From Heterodontus francisci (Eukaryota), in contig NC_090404.1 in NCBI RefSeq assembly GCF_036365525.1, positions 4,216,001 to 4,280,000 on the forward strand: 64,000 nucleotides of DNA, read 5' to 3'. The notes below the pieces were generated by a model. The model had not been told where the DNA came from, made no database searches, and worked only from the letters and a program-made list of their open reading frames with translations. This document shows positions 11,874 through 26,089 of this stretch, in pieces. The position numbers and the translations under genes were made by a program. The number at the start of each line of letters is the position of its first letter. Positions within the stretch are counted from its first letter, which is position 1.

Positions 11874-12657
11874 GAAGATGTTATGACAAGAATACTGTGT
11901 CAGTGAACTCGCGGTATCATTGTATTTCATGATCGCTACTGAGTGCAATGGTCCAATGGAGAAGCGTAACAATTCTTTCATCCATTTTTCCCTCAGTGTA
12001 TCATAAACGGACAGATTGACAATTTTATCGAACATTGTGCACCCAAAGGTTTTTATTTTTGTTGACCACAAATTACCGATATCTCGAAAACACTTGGACT
12101 CCCAAATTCCTTCATTCCTCCACAAGAGTCAGCGTCAGAATCAATGACACCATTTCTGGCACAGAATTCCACATTCATACTTCTTACTTTGTGATAAACT
12201 TCCTTTTACTTAAAAGTCAATCTTCTGCTGTTTGAAAGCTCACACTATTGGCTATCTTTATTGTCGCTGTTTCCACAGGGACCAGCAGAGTTTCTTCTTT
12301 GCTTTGCATTGTTGCAGTCCATTTTACCAGATTGTGTTGATGAGCGGTCACCTCCTCCTGGGAATGCCCCGCCCACCCACCCCCAACACCTTGGATTCAG
12401 TCTCCAATCCTCTCACTGATCCTCTCCGCTCAAGAGGACACCTGTCGGGACCCAGGAACCTCCCGGCAGAAAGGAGGTTCTGTTTGGAATGACTCCGTGA
12501 TTGACTGGGCAGAGGAGGACTGAAGCTCCCACAATTCACAGCAGCTAGCAAACGCCTGGGATGTCGCTGACAGTGACGTTTCAGTCAATGATATTGCATT
12601 TGCGAATGTGTGGGTCGTGAGCCATCTGACATAAGCAAACAAGACCTTCAAGTTTTT

Positions 12658-13586
12658 GAAAGCAAGAAATGCTGGAAATACTCAGTAGGTCTGGCAGCAT
12701 CTGTGGAGAAGAAACAGAGTTAATGTTCACTGGAACGGACAGAGATGTGAGCTTGAGAGCGGGGGGACTGTTGAAATCGCAAGCAACCGGAAGCTCGGAG
12801 TCATGCTTTCGGGCTTGGCGGAAGTGTTCCACAACGCGGTCACCCAGTTTGCGTTTGGTCTCCCCAATGGAGAGGAGACCATATTGTGAGCAGCGAATAC
12901 AGCATACCACAGTGAAAGAAGTATGAGTAAATCGCTGGTTCACCTGAAATGAGTGTTTGGGGCCGTGTATAGGAAGGAGAGAGGAGGTAAAGGGGCAGGT
13001 ATTACACCTTCTGCGATTGCAGGGGAAGGTGCCTTGGGAAGGGGACGAGGTGGAGTGGGTAATGGAGGAGTGGACCAGGGTGTCGTGGAGGGAATGATCC
13101 CTTCAGAATGCAGACATGGGAAGGGAGGGGAAGATGCATTTGGTAGTGGCATCACGCTGGACGTGGCGTAAATGGCGCTGGATGATCCCTTTGAATATGG
13201 AGACTGATGGGGTGGAAAATGAGGACAAGGGGAACCCTGTCGCGGTTCTGAGAGGGGGGAAGGAGTGAGGGTAGGGGTGCGGGAAAAGGGCCGGACATGG
13301 TTGAGGGTCCTGTCAACCACAGAAGGCGGAATTCCTTGGTTGAGGAAAAGGGGAAGTCATATCAGAAGCGCTGTCATGGAAGGTCGCATCATCAGAGCAG
13401 ATCCATCGGAGACAGAGAAACTGGGAGATTGGAATGGAGTCCTTACAGGAGGCTGGGTGTGATGAAGTGTAGTCAAGGTGGCTGTGGGAGTCGGTGGGAT
13501 TATAATGGATATTAGCAGATAGCCTATCCCCAAAGATGGAGACAGAGAAGTCGAGGAAGGGAAGGGCAGTGTCGGAGATGGACGGT
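12658..13586 (-). mobile_element. Penelope-like element, degenerate
   Basis: LPFLDFSVS...NPTDSHSHLDYTSSHPASCKDSIP and CIRCSQYGLLSIGETKRKLGDR motifs on the minus strand. Confidence 0.85.
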
Positions 13587-14339
13587 TTCCCATGATATTT
13601 CCTGAATCTGTAACTCTGCAATGCAGGAGCATCTCTGACGGAGCAGAAATACAAATCCCACTCCCCCTCCACTGCTGATCCAACCAATGACAAGAATGGA
13701 GCCGCGGCAGCACTCCCTCCAATAACACAATCGGGTCAGAGCAAGAGCAGCAAACGGAAGTTGTGGGCGAGGATGCCGCAGACTCAAAATTTGAGTGAAG
13801 TGTGAGGCGACACTCTGCTGCACTCGGAACTGATTGAGCGGGAATAGTGTCTGTTGAATCTCCAGAATTCAGTGGCTATTCTCCACCTGCTTACTGTTCA
13901 GTTGACTGGGAAATTTAGAGTGGAAGGAGAATGAAGGTACCAGAATAATAGAATCTGAGAGCACAGAGTGAGGCCATTCGGCCTATACTCCCTATGCCTC
14001 TTTGGAAGAGTTCACTAATTCATACCTCACCCCCTACATTTTTCGCATTGTCCTGTTTTGTTGTTCATTTTCAAGTATATATAGAATTCCCTTTCGAAAA
14101 TTACTGTTCAATCTGCTTCCACCACCCTTTCAAGCAGTACATTCCAAATCTTAACAAATCACCGTGTATTAAATATAAATCAATTTTCCCTGTCATTTTT
14201 CTCCAACTCTTTTAATTTGGAGTCCTTGGGATACACAATTTTATGCCAGTGGAAACAGTTACGTGCAATCTACTCTATACTGATATATGGAGAACAATCC
14301 CAGCTTTCTCTCGTCCCTCTGCATAAAGGTTCATCATTT

Positions 14340-15415
14340 TACTTATTCTTTAATCGGAGGTGGGCATCTCTGGTGAGGTCAGTATTTAATACCTGTCTCT
14401 ACTTGCCTTTGATAAGGTGGCGGTGAGCTGACTTCTTGAACTACCGCAGTCCTGGGGGTGCAGGTTCACCCACAGTGCTATTAGGAAGGCAGCTCCAGGA
14501 TTTTGACCCAGCAACAGTGAAGGAACGGCGCTTTCGTTTCAAGTCAGGATGGTGTGTGGTTTGGAGGGGAACTTGCAGCTTCTGGCGTTCCTAAGTTTCT
14601 ACCGTTCTTGTCCTTCTAGGTGTTAGAGATCACGGGAATGGAAGGTACTGTCCAAGGCGTCTTGGTGCGTTGCTGCAGTGCATCTTGTAGATGGTGCACA
14701 CTGCTGCTACTGTGTATGGGTGGTGGAGTGAGTGAATGCTGAAGGTTGTGGATGTGGTGCCGATCAAGCGGGCTGCATTCTCCTGGATGGTGTCGAGCTT
14801 CCTGTCTGTTGTTGGAGCTGCACGCATACAGGCAAATGGAGGGTATTCCATCACACTCCTGACTTATGCATGTAGGTGGAGGACAGGCTTTGTGGAGACA
14901 GTACGTTAGTCACTCGCCGCAGAATTCCTCGCCTCTGACCTGCTCTAGTAGCCATAGTACTTTTATGGCTGGTCCAATTCAGTTTCTGGTCAATGATAAC
15001 CTGCAGAATTAGGTACGTGGGGGATTCAGCAATGGCAATGGTATTGTACATCAAGGGAAGATGGTTCGATTCTCTTTTGTTTGAGATGGTCATTGCCTGG
15101 CTCCTGCATTGTGTGAAGTTTACCTGCCAATTATCAGCCCAAGCCTGGATGTTGTCCAGTTCTTGCTGCATCTGGATACGGACTGCCGCGAATGGTGCTG
15201 AACATTGTGCAATCCTCAGCGAATATAACAATTCTGACCTTATTATTGAAGGAAGGTCATTGACGAAGCAGCTGAGGATGGTCTTTCCGAGGACACTACC
15301 CTGAGGAACTCATGCAGTGATGTCCTGGGACTGAGATGATTGACCTCCAACAACCACAACCATCTTCATTTGTCCAGGTATGACTCCAACCAGCGGAAAT
15401 GTTCCCCCTTGATTC
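14340..15415 (-). mobile_element. Non-LTR retrotransposon 3' fragment (possibly RTE-X-like)
   Basis: MQQELDNIQAWADNWQV..., MMEYPPFACMRAAPT..KLDTIQENAARLIG; 3' tail related to 43590-43835. Confidence 0.7.
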
Positions 15416-16119
15416 TCATGGGCACCCGTTTTGCTCAGGCTCCTTGATGCTCTACTCCTGCTACCATTTTGGTTTACTTCCTCTGCACTCGCTCCAATGT
15501 CTTGAGATTCTTTTTCAATAGTGGAGACAGCTGTTAAGCCAACAGGCATATAATTTCCTGCTATCTGTCACACCCCTTTTTGCGAGTTTTCAATCCTCTC
15601 GGAGGTTTCCAGAATCTAGGGTATTTTGGGAGATTGCAACCAATACATCCACTATCTCTACAGCGACTTCTTTTAAAGGGAGATGGAGTGGAGCAATGTG
15701 AGGGGATCCCTCGGCTGGTGTTCAGTGAGTTCAGGAAGATGGTATCAGAGGGAATGGAGCATGGAGAGAAGATTCCTGGGGTGATCTTCAGTGAGTTCAA
15801 GGAGATGGTGTAAGAGGGAATAGAGTAGAACAAAGAGGAAGTTCAACTGAGGTGGGGGGGCAGGGGGGTGCGGAGGGCAAATAACGAGGTATAGTAGAAA
15901 TGATGGAGGCAGTGATTCAACATGTGCATAACAGAAAAGTGGACACTGTGTGTGTATCTGACAGAACAGGTGGACAGTGTGGTTTGTGTATATATCAGTA
16001 AATTTGAAGTTAGAGTCTATGTGTCAGATAGACCTCAGAATCCGGGGCTCATTCCTGCCGTTTGTCCTCCCTCTTGTGTCTACCAGACTCTGGGAGTCAT
16101 CCCAGCAATTAAATTGATT

Positions 16120-19100
16120 CAAATTCATTGAAACCCTAATTAACTATTTAATTAATAAATAGAGGAGCAACTAATCCGGAGGGAGGAGATTACTGCATTT
16201 AATATTTATAGTAGAAAGCTAGCGCTAGGGACCATATAGTTAATTGTAACTTTATTTAGTAAGGATTTAATAAGTATTTATTTTAAATTAATGTATTAAT
16301 TAGTGCTAGAAATGTCTGTTAGAGGGGTAAAGTGCTTCACCTGTGAGATGTGGAAGGTCCATGACACTTCCAGCATTGCGGACAACGTCATCTGCAAGAA
16401 GTGTACCCAATTGCAGCTCGTCACAGACCGCATGGATCGGTTGGAGCAGCAATTGGATGCGCTTAGGAGCATGCAGGTGGTGGAAAGCATCATAGACAGG
16501 AGTTTTAGAGATGTGGGTACACCCAAGGTGCAGGCAGATGGATGGGTGACCGCTAGAAGGGGCAGGCAGTTAGTGCAGGAATCCCCTGTGGCTGTCCACC
16601 TCTCTAACAAGTATATCGTTTTGGATACTGTTGGGAGGGATGGCCTATCTGGGGAAAACAACAGCAGCAGCCACAACAGTGGCACCACGGCTGGTTCTGT
16701 TGTTCAACAGGGAGAGACAAAGCGCAGAAGAGCATTAGTTCTTGGGTAGTCAATAGTCAGGGGCACAGATAGGCGCTTCTGAGGACGTGAAAGAGACTCT
16801 CAGATCGTATACTGCCTTCCTGGTGCCAGGTTCAATGATGTCTCTGAATGGGCAGGGGGCATTCTGAAGGGGAAGGTGAACAGCCAGAGTTTGTGATACA
16901 CACTGGTACCAACGACATAGACAGGAAGAGTGACAGGGTTCTGCAGGAGGAATAACTTCGGTAGTAAGTTAAAAAACAGGACCTCTCGGGTTGTAATTTC
17001 GGGATTACTCTCTGTGCCACGTGCCAGTGAGGCTAGAAATAAGAAGATAGTGCAACTGAACACGTGGCTAAACAGCTGGTGTAGGAGGGAGGGTTTCAGA
17101 TATCTGGATCATTAGGATCTCTTCCGGGGCAGGTGGGACCTGTACAAGAAGGACGGGTTGCATCTAAACTGGAGGGGCACAAATGTCCTGGCCGCAACTT
17201 ATGCTCACGTCACTCGGGAGGGTTTAAACTCGTGTGGCAGGGGGGAGGGAACAAGAGCAGTTGGTCAGCAGGTGAAGCAACTGAGGGGGAACTAGTAAAT
17301 AAGGCCAGTAAGACTGAGAGGAAGAGCAGGCAGGGAGATGTTGCTGAGCACTGCGGGACTGGTGGTCTGAAGTGCATTTGTTTCAATGCGAGAAGTATAA
17401 CAGGTAAGGCAGATGAAATTAGAGCTTGGATTAGTACTTGATGTTGTTGCTATTACAGAGATTTGGTTGAGGGAAGGGCAGGATTGCCAACTAAATGTTC
17501 CAGGATTTAGAAGCTTCAGGCGGGATAGAGGGGGGTGAAAAAGGGGTGGGGGAGTTACATTACTGGTTAAGGAGAATATCACAGCTGTACTGTGGGAGGA
17601 TACCTCGGAAATCTCATGCAGCGAGGCATTATGTAGAGCTCAGGAATAGGACGGGTGCAGTCACAATGTTGGGGGTTTACTGCAGGCCTCCCAACAGCCA
17701 GCGGGAGAGAGAGAAGCATATATGTAAATAGATTTTGGAAAGATGTAAAAGCAACATGTTTGTTGTGGTCGGTAATTTAAACTTTCCCTATTTTGACTGG
17801 GACTCAATTAGTGCTAGGGGCTTGGATGGGGCAGAATTTGGAAGGAGCATCCAGGGGGGCTTCTTGAAACAATGTGTAGATTGTCCAACTAGGGAAGGGG
17901 CCGTACTGTACCTGGTATTGGGGAATGAGCCCAGCCAGGTTGTCGAAGTTTCTGCAAGGGAGCATTTCCGGAACGGTAGCCATAATTCCGTAAGTTTTAA
18001 GGTTCTTGTGGATAAGGATAAGAGTAGTCCTCCGGTGAAGGTGCTAAATTGGAGGAAGGCTAATTATAACAATATTAGGCAGGAACTGAAGAATTTAGAT
18101 TGGGGGCGGCTGTTTGAGGGTCAATCAACATCTGGGAGTCTTTCAAACGTCAGTTGATTAGAATCCAGGACCGGCATGTTCCTGTGAGGATGAAAGATAA
18201 GTTTGGCAAGTTTTGGGTACCTTGGATAACGAGGGATATTGTGAGCCTAGTGAAAAAGTAAAAGGAAGCATTCGTAAGGGCGAGAAGGCTGGGAACATAC
18301 GAAGCCCTTGAGGAATATAACGAAAGTAGAAAGCAACTTAAGCAAGGAGTCAGGAGGGTTAAAAGCGGTCATGAAAAGTCTTTGACAAACAGGATTAAGG
18401 AGAATCCCACGGCTTTATATACGTATATAAAGAACAAGAGGGTAGCAAGGGTAAGGGTTGGCCCACTCAAGGACAGAGGAGGAAATCTATGCGTGGAGCC
18501 TGAGGAAGTGTGCGAGGTACTAAATGAGTACTTTGTATCAGTATTCACCCAAGAGAAGGACTTGGTGGATGATGAGGCCGGGGAAGGGAGTGTAGATAGT
18601 CTGGGTCATGTCGATATCAAAAAGGAGGAGGTGTTGGGTGTCTTGAAAAACATTAAGATCGAGATGTCCCCAGGGTGTGATGGGATCTACTACCCAGAAT
18701 ACTGAGGGAGGCAAGGGAGGAAATTGCTGGAGCCTTGACTGAAGTCTTTGTATCCTCATTGGCGACAGGTGAGATCCCAGAGGAGAGGAAAATAGCCAAT
18801 GTTGTTCCTTTTTTTAAGAAGGGTGGTAAGGATAATCCAGGAAATTAGAGGCTGGTGAGCCTTACGTCAGTGGTAGGGAAATTATAAGAGAGGATTCTTC
18901 GGGACAGAATTTATTCCCATTTGGAAACAAATGGACTTATTAGCAAGAGGCAGCTTGGTTTTGTGAAAGAGAGGTCGTGTCTCACTAACTTGATCGTGTT
19001 GTTTGAGGAAGTGACGAAGATGATTGATGAAGGAAGGGCAGTGGAAGTTGTCTACATGGACTTAAGTAAAGCCTTTGACAAGGTCCTTCATGGCAGATTG

Positions 19101-20165
19101 GTACAAAAGGTGAAGTTACACGGGATCAGAGGTGAGCTGGCAAGATGGATGCAGAACTGGCTCGGTCATAGAAGGCAGAGGGTAGCAGTGGAAGGGTGCT
19201 TTTCTGAATGGAGGACTGTGACTAATGGTGTTTTGCAGGGATCAGCGCTGGGAGCTTTGCTGTTTGCAGTATATGTAAATGATTTGGAGGGAAATGTAGC
19301 AGGTCTGATGAGTAAGTTTGCGGATGACACAAAGGTTGGTGGAGTTGAGAATAGTGATGAGGATTGTCAGAGGATACAGCAGGATATAGATCGGTTGGAG
19401 ACATAGGCAGAGAAATGGCAGTTGGAGTTTAATCCGGACAAATGTGAGGTAATGCATTTTGGAAGGTCTAATACAAGTGGGAAGTATACAGTAATGGCAG
19501 AACCCTTAGGAGTATTGACAGGCAGAGAGATCTGGGCGTACAGGTCCAAAGATCACTGAAAGTGGCAACGCAGGTGGATAAGGTAGTCAAGAAGGCATAT
19601 GGCATGCTTGCCTTCATCGGTTGGGGCATAGAGTATAAAAATTGGCAAGTCATGCTGCAGCTGTACAGAACCTTAGTTAGGCCACACTTGGAATATTGCA
19701 TACAATTCTGGTCGCCATACCACCAGAAGCATATGGAGGCTTTGGAGAGGGTACAGAAGAGGTTTACCAGGATGTGGCCTGGTCAGGAGGGTATTAGCTG
19801 CCAGGAGAGGTTGGATAAACTCGTATTATTTTCACTGGAACGACAAGGTGGAGGGGTGACATGATAGAGGTTTACAAAGTTATGAGTTGCATGGACAGAG
19901 TGCTTCGTCGGAAGGTTTTTCCCAGGGTGGAAGAGTCAGTTACTAGACGACATAGGTTTAAGGTGCGAGGGGCAAAGTTTAAAGGGGATGTGCGAGGCAA
20001 ACTCTTTACACAGAGGGTGGTGAGTGCCTGGAACCTGCTGCTGGGGGAGGTGGTGGAAGCAGGTACGATAGTGACGTTGAAGAGGCATCTTGACAAATGC
20101 ACGAATAGGATGGGAATAGAGGGATACGGTCCCCGGATGTGCAGAAGGTTTTAGTTTAGACAAGC
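16120..20165 (+). mobile_element. Near full-length but inactivated CR1 LINE (ORF1 Zn-finger/SGNH esterase; ORF2 APE endonuclease plus RT)
   Basis: ORF1 CFTCEMW...CKKC, VIHTGTNDI, DGLHLN; ORF2 CICFNARSI, SKAFDKV, SKFADDTK, VRPHLEYC; multiple stops and frameshifts. Confidence 0.92.
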
Positions 20166-20419
20166 ATTGTTCATTTTTCTTTGAATTGTGCCTCCTTCGT
20201 TGTCTAATAGGCTTCAGGATCAGGAAGTCATTCCCAGGGTTTCTGGGATGTATTCGATAGCCCCTTGAATGTGGGCTCCCTGTTGTGGAAAATGGACCCC
20301 AGGCTCTTGGGATAATTCCCAGCATTTATTCTTAATGGTCTATCGTTCCAGATATTCATTAGTCTTGAGGAATCATTCCCAGGGTTTATTGTCTCTCGTG
20401 TCTGTGTTATATTTCTAAC

Positions 20420-20600
20420 CTGGTCAGTGCCTGCCCTGGGAGCGTTTGCTGGTGCAGTGTAGAGGGAGCTTTACTGTGTATCTAACCCGGGCTGTGCCTG
20501 CCCTGAGAGTGTGTTTTGCGGCAGTGTGAAGGGAGCTATACTCTGCATTATCCCGTAAACTACCTATCCTGGGAGTGTTTGATGGACAGTATTCTTTCAT
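20420..20600 (-). repeat. Degenerate ~65-bp tandem repeat
   Basis: Repeated cctgccctgggagcgtttg..agtgtagagggagctttactgtgtatctaaccc; reverse-complement of the 31250-31700 repeat. Confidence 0.65.
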
Positions 20601-21344
20601 ATACTACACTGCTCTTTAATGCAACCTGGCACCTGACTGTGACAGACCATGGGAGGTGCTCCTCTTCGCTGTGCGGCCATTCCGACCCTGGGCATTGGCA
20701 TTTTGAGGCAGAAGGAAAGGTGGCTATATTCTGATGAGCCACTGGATGGCGCAGCAGCACCATCACCGAAAGACTTTTGGTTCAAACACAAACCAGACAG
20801 GACTGGTGGAAAACAGCTGTCAGGAAAAGGGAAAATGTGTAATCGGTAAAATGGAGCGTGTGAATGGGCCTTGGAGCAGGGAATTGAGCAAAGTCACGTT
20901 AGTCCATTTGTTACTCAAGATTTATTCACAATTTCAAAAAAAACATTTTACAGAAACATTTTTAAAGGGTCCAAAGTGAATTTAGCACCTGTGAGTCACA
21001 TTGAGGACAAAACACATGCGATCTGAGCTGTAGACTACTTCTAAAATTGTTACAGATCAGAGAGAAAACAGGGGCTCAACATAAAGAGAAGGAAACAGTT
21101 GCAAATAAGGGATAGTTATTTATTTACAGATGAAATTCAAACTATTGTGAAACTCGAAGGTGCATAGACATTAGCGGTAAGATTATCTGACACAATTCAA
21201 AGAAAAAAACGGAAACAATGTTTATGATCTTCTCAGCTACAGATTCTGAACCATAAACTGACGGCAATTTACTTTTACAGTTTGTTTGATAATACAGAGA
21301 TGTTAAAAAATAAGGAAAATCCAGGGCGGCCGAAATTCGATCGA

Positions 21345-21353
21345 TCACTTAAC
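21345..21353 (-). CDS. IGHM: IgM TM2 exon (cytoplasmic tail VK*)
   Basis: tttacag|GTT AAG TGA completes the conserved KVK tail; AATAAA downstream at ~21119 and ~20921. Confidence 0.85.
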   Translation of the reverse strand, partial: VK

Positions 21354-21485
21354 CTGTAAAAGAGGGATAAAAGAATGAAGCAGAGATTTCGTGGTCTTGG
21401 ACATTCATCTCAGAACTATGAAATTTTAGGGATTTGTTAAACAGCTTCATTTAATTTGAAATGTGAGTGGATTGAATATTCTCAC

Positions 21486-21613
21486 CTTCACCAGAGTGAC
21501 GGCAGCGCTGTAGAAAATACTCAGGAAGAACAGGATGATGAATGTGGAAGCGGTTGTCCAGATGTTACCGCTCTCTTCCTCATTGTCTTCAATCCAGATG
21601 TGGCCTGAGTAAT
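21486..21613 (-). CDS. IGHM: IgM TM1 exon
   Basis: (D)[42 protein letters not shown], a CART-type transmembrane segment; ag/gt boundaries and phase match the CH4 internal donor at 24480. Confidence 0.93.
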
Positions 21614-22059
21614 CTTCGAGTTTTTAGAGGAGAAATATATTTAGATCGTTCATTAATCCAGGATATAAGATTGTCAATTTGCACTCGCAGAGTTCTTCCT
21701 TAAGCCATTATTTTGCTCTCTAATTTAATTTTCAGTTTGTATCCATTGTGAAGTTAATCACTCTCAGCAATCTACCTCTGTTACTAACCCCACAGCCATT
21801 CTTCCCATATGATCCTCGTCCAGGCCCTGTTGGAAAATATGATATTTCTTCCTTCAGGGTCAGGCGCTATTCTAGTCTGGATCAATCTTGTTCTATCATT
21901 AGGGATATCGATGGAATTTTACTGATCAATATCGATAGTTTTGAGATTTTCATTGGTGCTGGGTAAGAGATTTGATGCGAGTTCTAATCTTGTTTATTTG
22001 TGATGGAAGTTGTTGGTCAATCATTAACTGACCTCACTTTCGAAGTGAAAACTTTGCTT

Positions 22060-23100
22060 CACTGTGTTTGTATGTCCAACATGTATGAGGGAATATGTTG
22101 GAGAAGGTGCCCATTCAAACAGTGCATTTGAATGCAACTTTCACATATAGCCTGGTGCTTTTGTTTGTATGCTTTAATACATGTGTATGTGTGCATAAGT
22201 ATCTGTTACTTTGCATCACTCAGTGCGTGTCCATGGCTTGTGTGTGTGAGATTTAATGTATTTTTTAATGCGTTTCTTTGTGCACCCGCCTGTGAATGTC
22301 TCAATGTGCGTATTTATATCTTGATGCCTGTGTGTTGTGTCCCTGTATGTTAGTATGTGCTTATGTGCCAATGTGTATCAATGTGTGCTTTCAAGTGGCC
22401 GCGTGTGTGTGTATGTGCATGTGCGTGTGTATAAAATATATCATCCTTAATGTTTTGTCTTCATTCATCCATGTGTGTGCATGAGCATGATAATGTTTGT
22501 TTTTGTGTGTGGTTTGGTCCCCATGCGTGCTTCATGTTGTGAGCTTTTGTGTTGACAGATGTCTTTATGTTTTCCTGTGTGTCAATGTGTGTTCATGTTT
22601 CCATGTGTGCGTATGAGTTTGTTAATGTTTGTTTTTGTGTGCTTCTGTCCCCATAAGTGTGATAATGCGTCTGATTTTGTGTTGATGTCTACGTTTATGC
22701 ATTAATGTGTGTGATTATGTGTACATGTGTGCTAATGTGTGTGTTATGTGCATGTTTTTGCATCCATGTGTGTGTCATCATGTTAATGTTGGTGTCTATT
22801 TGTGTGTGAGTGATCGTGTTAATGTGTCTGTTTAAATGTTTGTGTGCAGATGTGTTAGTCTGTTCATGTGCGAGTATGTTTCCATCTAGCTGTGTTTATG
22901 TCTATGATAATGAAAGCTTTTCCGTCTATGTTTCTGTGTTTGTGAGACTGTACTAATGTGTACATTTATGTTTATTTTTGCGTGGGTGACTGTGAAGTGT
23001 TTATATCTGCGTTTGAGTCTGTTTGTGTGTGTAGGTGTAAGTGTGTGGTTGTGCATTTGAGTGTGTTTATGTGTGTGTTTTTGTCTGTGTGCCTGCGCAT
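22060..23100. repeat. Degenerate GT/TG-rich low-complexity tract in the CH4-TM1 intron
   Basis: ~1 kb of imperfect tgtg/atgt repeats. Confidence 0.8.
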
Positions 23101-23257
23101 CTTTATTCTTGTTCAAAGTTTTACAGAGAATAAATAACCGGGTCTGACCCTGACGGTGTGCATTATGGAGAATATTCTTCACTGTTCTGTGCATAAATGT
23201 ATTCTGTGCGAGATGTCATCTGACATCATCTGAATGACTGTAACAATGCAACTGATG

Positions 23258-23470
23258 GATAAAAACAGAAGTTCTGGAAATACTCAGCAGGTCAGACAGC
23301 AGCTGTGGACAGAGAAGCAGAATTAACGTTTCAGGTCGGTGCCCTTTTCACACACCTGAAATGTTAACTCTGCTTCTCTCTCCACAGATGCTGCCTGACC
23401 TGCTGAGTATTTAAGCATTTTCCGTTTTTATTTCAGATTTCCCCCATCTGCAATATTTTGCTTTTATTTC
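23258..23470. mobile_element. Inverted pair of Penelope-type terminal repeats
   Basis: tggaaatactcagcaggtcagacagcagctgtggacagagaagcagaattaacgtttcaggt followed by its reverse complement. Confidence 0.65.
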
Positions 23471-24418
23471 CATGAAACTGATGGGCCTCAGAATCATCAG
23501 GAACAGGAGATGATTAAATCTTCAGCTAGATTTAGATGATTATGTTATTAGAATTTAACAGGGAAACCGTGAACGATATTACGTTACATAAATATATATC
23601 TTACAATCTGATTCCCATGTGGAAAGTTTAAAATCTTCGCACACTGCGCTCGAAGCCGACTTTGTACTGATGGCATTTGAGTCCATTTAATAGAGAGCAG
23701 GGGGAATGGGAGTATAAGGTTTACAAATGTCCTTGCCCCTTTTTCTGTTGGAGGAAATGTGGCGAGGAGCTGCAGTCAGTTCACAATTCTCTTTACCGTC
23801 TGTCTGTTGCAGAAGTACCGTTGCAGTGGATTCACAAGTACCCTTTCCTCTTCTCTGTTTGGGAAGTGGGGTACAGTGTTTTAGTAAATTCCTCTTCCCC
23901 CTCTTTCTGATGGGGGATTTTGGGAAGACTTCGTATTCGTGTGTGGCCATCACTTCAGTTCCCAGTGCGCATGATGCTGCAACTAAAAACTGACCCTATT
24001 CTGAAGGGATGGCCAACACGAGAAGCAGGTACACCGAGATCTAAATGCACTGCGTATTTTTGTTGGTAAGGAGAAATGTCCAGATTCCCCATCTCCTCCT
24101 CCCCGGCCCCCCACCCATGTCCCCCTCTAATGCTCCCCACCACCTCCCCCTCCTCCAACGGGAGGAAAGTTGCTGAAATTCTTCCACAGAATCCAATAAT
24201 GAATCAGGTTTACTCTGTGAATTAATATGTGCTGGAAACACTGGTTGTACAAGACTTGGGCCCGAGACCTGCAAATATCATGCTTTGATGAAAAGACCTA
24301 CACTTAGCAAATGTGGGAAGCACAATTAATTGAGCTGTTGTGTATTTAAATCGCGATTGGAAGAAAAGGTCTTTATTGTGTTTTTTTATTTAAGAATTGA
24401 AATGCAATCGATAAATTC

Positions 24419-24813
24419 TCATTGACATGAATTAACGGTGTCCAACAGTGCAAGGGAAATGTTCACAAAACTCGGTTTACCGCTGGATTTATTAACTGTT
24501 CTGTTGATGATCTTCAAGGGGATCGCTTCATGTCCCACCACACAGGAGTAAGAAGTGCCGCTGGCCCACTCCTCTGCTGCAATGGATAACAGGCTGTAGA
24601 TGAAGAAGGAGCTCTTGTCGTTCTCCGCCATCACCTCGGTGTTCTTGTAGTTGCCGGGATTCACTGACTTGTCATTGACGGTCCACTTGACGAAGATCTC
24701 TCGGGGGGAGAAACCTCTCACTAAGCAGGTGAGGGAGAGGAACCTCTCAGCGGAGATTTCTTCTGCTGGGGGCAGGAGAACAGACACAGACGGTTCCCGC
24801 AGATCTTTCCATG
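24419..24813 (-). CDS. IGHM: IgM CH4 exon plus secretory tailpiece
   Basis: [15 protein letters not shown]...[17 protein letters not shown]...[43 protein letters not shown] (penultimate Cys, N-I-S glycan site); AATAAA at 24385-24390 and 24372-24377. Confidence 0.97.
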
Positions 24814-25282
24814 CTGAAAAATTAAAATAAATGTCAATAAACTAGACAATTTCAGAGACAATGACACCGGTGGTTAAATGTGAGAGAAATTGTGAAGGTT
24901 TTCCTTTTCCTCTCTGGGGCCTGTGCTGTTTTCCAGCCGGTGCAGAGGCGCTACAATCCTGCTCGCCGAGAACATAAAGGATTAGATTGGAAAATTACAT
25001 AGAACTTGCAGCACAGGAGCAGCTATTAGGAGGAGCTAGCCTATGCTGGTGTTTATGCTGCACACGGACCTCCTCCCACCTTACTTCAGCTCTTTCTATT
25101 CATTTCTCCATTATCTACGTATCTAGCATCACCTGAAATGCATCACCTCTGGTCCCAGGGAGGTTCAATAGTGAATTACAATTAAATTATCAGCGTAATC
25201 CATTCAACCACTTAATTGGGCCTTGCACAAACACCGGCAAGAAGCACAACCTCTGAGTTATTGCTTCAATCACATTGCTCAC

Positions 25283-25588
25283 CTTCCTTGTGGATGGAAT
25301 CTCTGAGAGGAGTCGGCAGATCCTGATGGCTCACCACACAGGAGAACACAGCCTCACTCAGCCAGGCTTGTGTCGAGATGTCTACAGTGCTGATCACGCT
25401 ATCGGGTTCCTCTCCGGGTTGGACGGCAATCTCTGATTTCAAAGGCTTCTGTTCTTGTGTCCAGGACACGTTGACACCATAAGGAGCATTAGACACGACG
25501 CAGGTTAAGGTGACCGTCGCCTTCAGTAAGACCTGTTCTATTGATGGTGGCAGTAGTTTAATTACTGGATGATTGCACTCGGAAGAAT
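25283..25588 (-). CDS. IGHM: IgM CH3 exon
   Basis: [31 protein letters not shown]...[21 protein letters not shown]; canonical splice sites, phase 1. Confidence 0.96.
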
Positions 25589-26089
25589 CTGTAGAACAGA
25601 AATGAGAGTCAAAGAAATCTCCATCTTCAGGATCAGGACGCGAGTATTTAACTATCACTTTCTTCAGGAGGGGAAAAACACCTTTCACTTCAACACTGTC
25701 GTTCATGGGAAGGGCAACGATTTGTAAAATCTGGGACATCCAAGCGGATCACATCTCTGCTGAATATAATGGCTCTGTCACCCCAGGACATGAGCTACAC
25801 ATGTAATTCATACTGGCTCAAAACGAATGAAATTACGAATTTTAGGACCAACTGGAAACAAAGTTAATGTTCTGGTGCCTTGTCAGTATATTTGGGGAGA
25901 TGAAAATGTTCAGCAACCAGACAGAGGAGGGGCGAAAGGTCGGTAAAATGCAGTCCCAAGGTTTTTGTGTGGTGAGGAATAATTCGCAATACTGGACGAG
26001 ATAGTTTTCTAATATCTGCCACGAGTGAGTATTTCTCATGTGTCGGCCTGGAGTTAGAAGGCGATCTGACCACAGGACTGTAATAAGAA

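Noticed and set aside
13590-13850. Possible sixth, very decayed V segment (ESVTLQC...DAADSKFE*SVRR followed by cactctg)
   Set aside because: No WYxQ motif, Cys spacing too short and no nonamer; evidence insufficient
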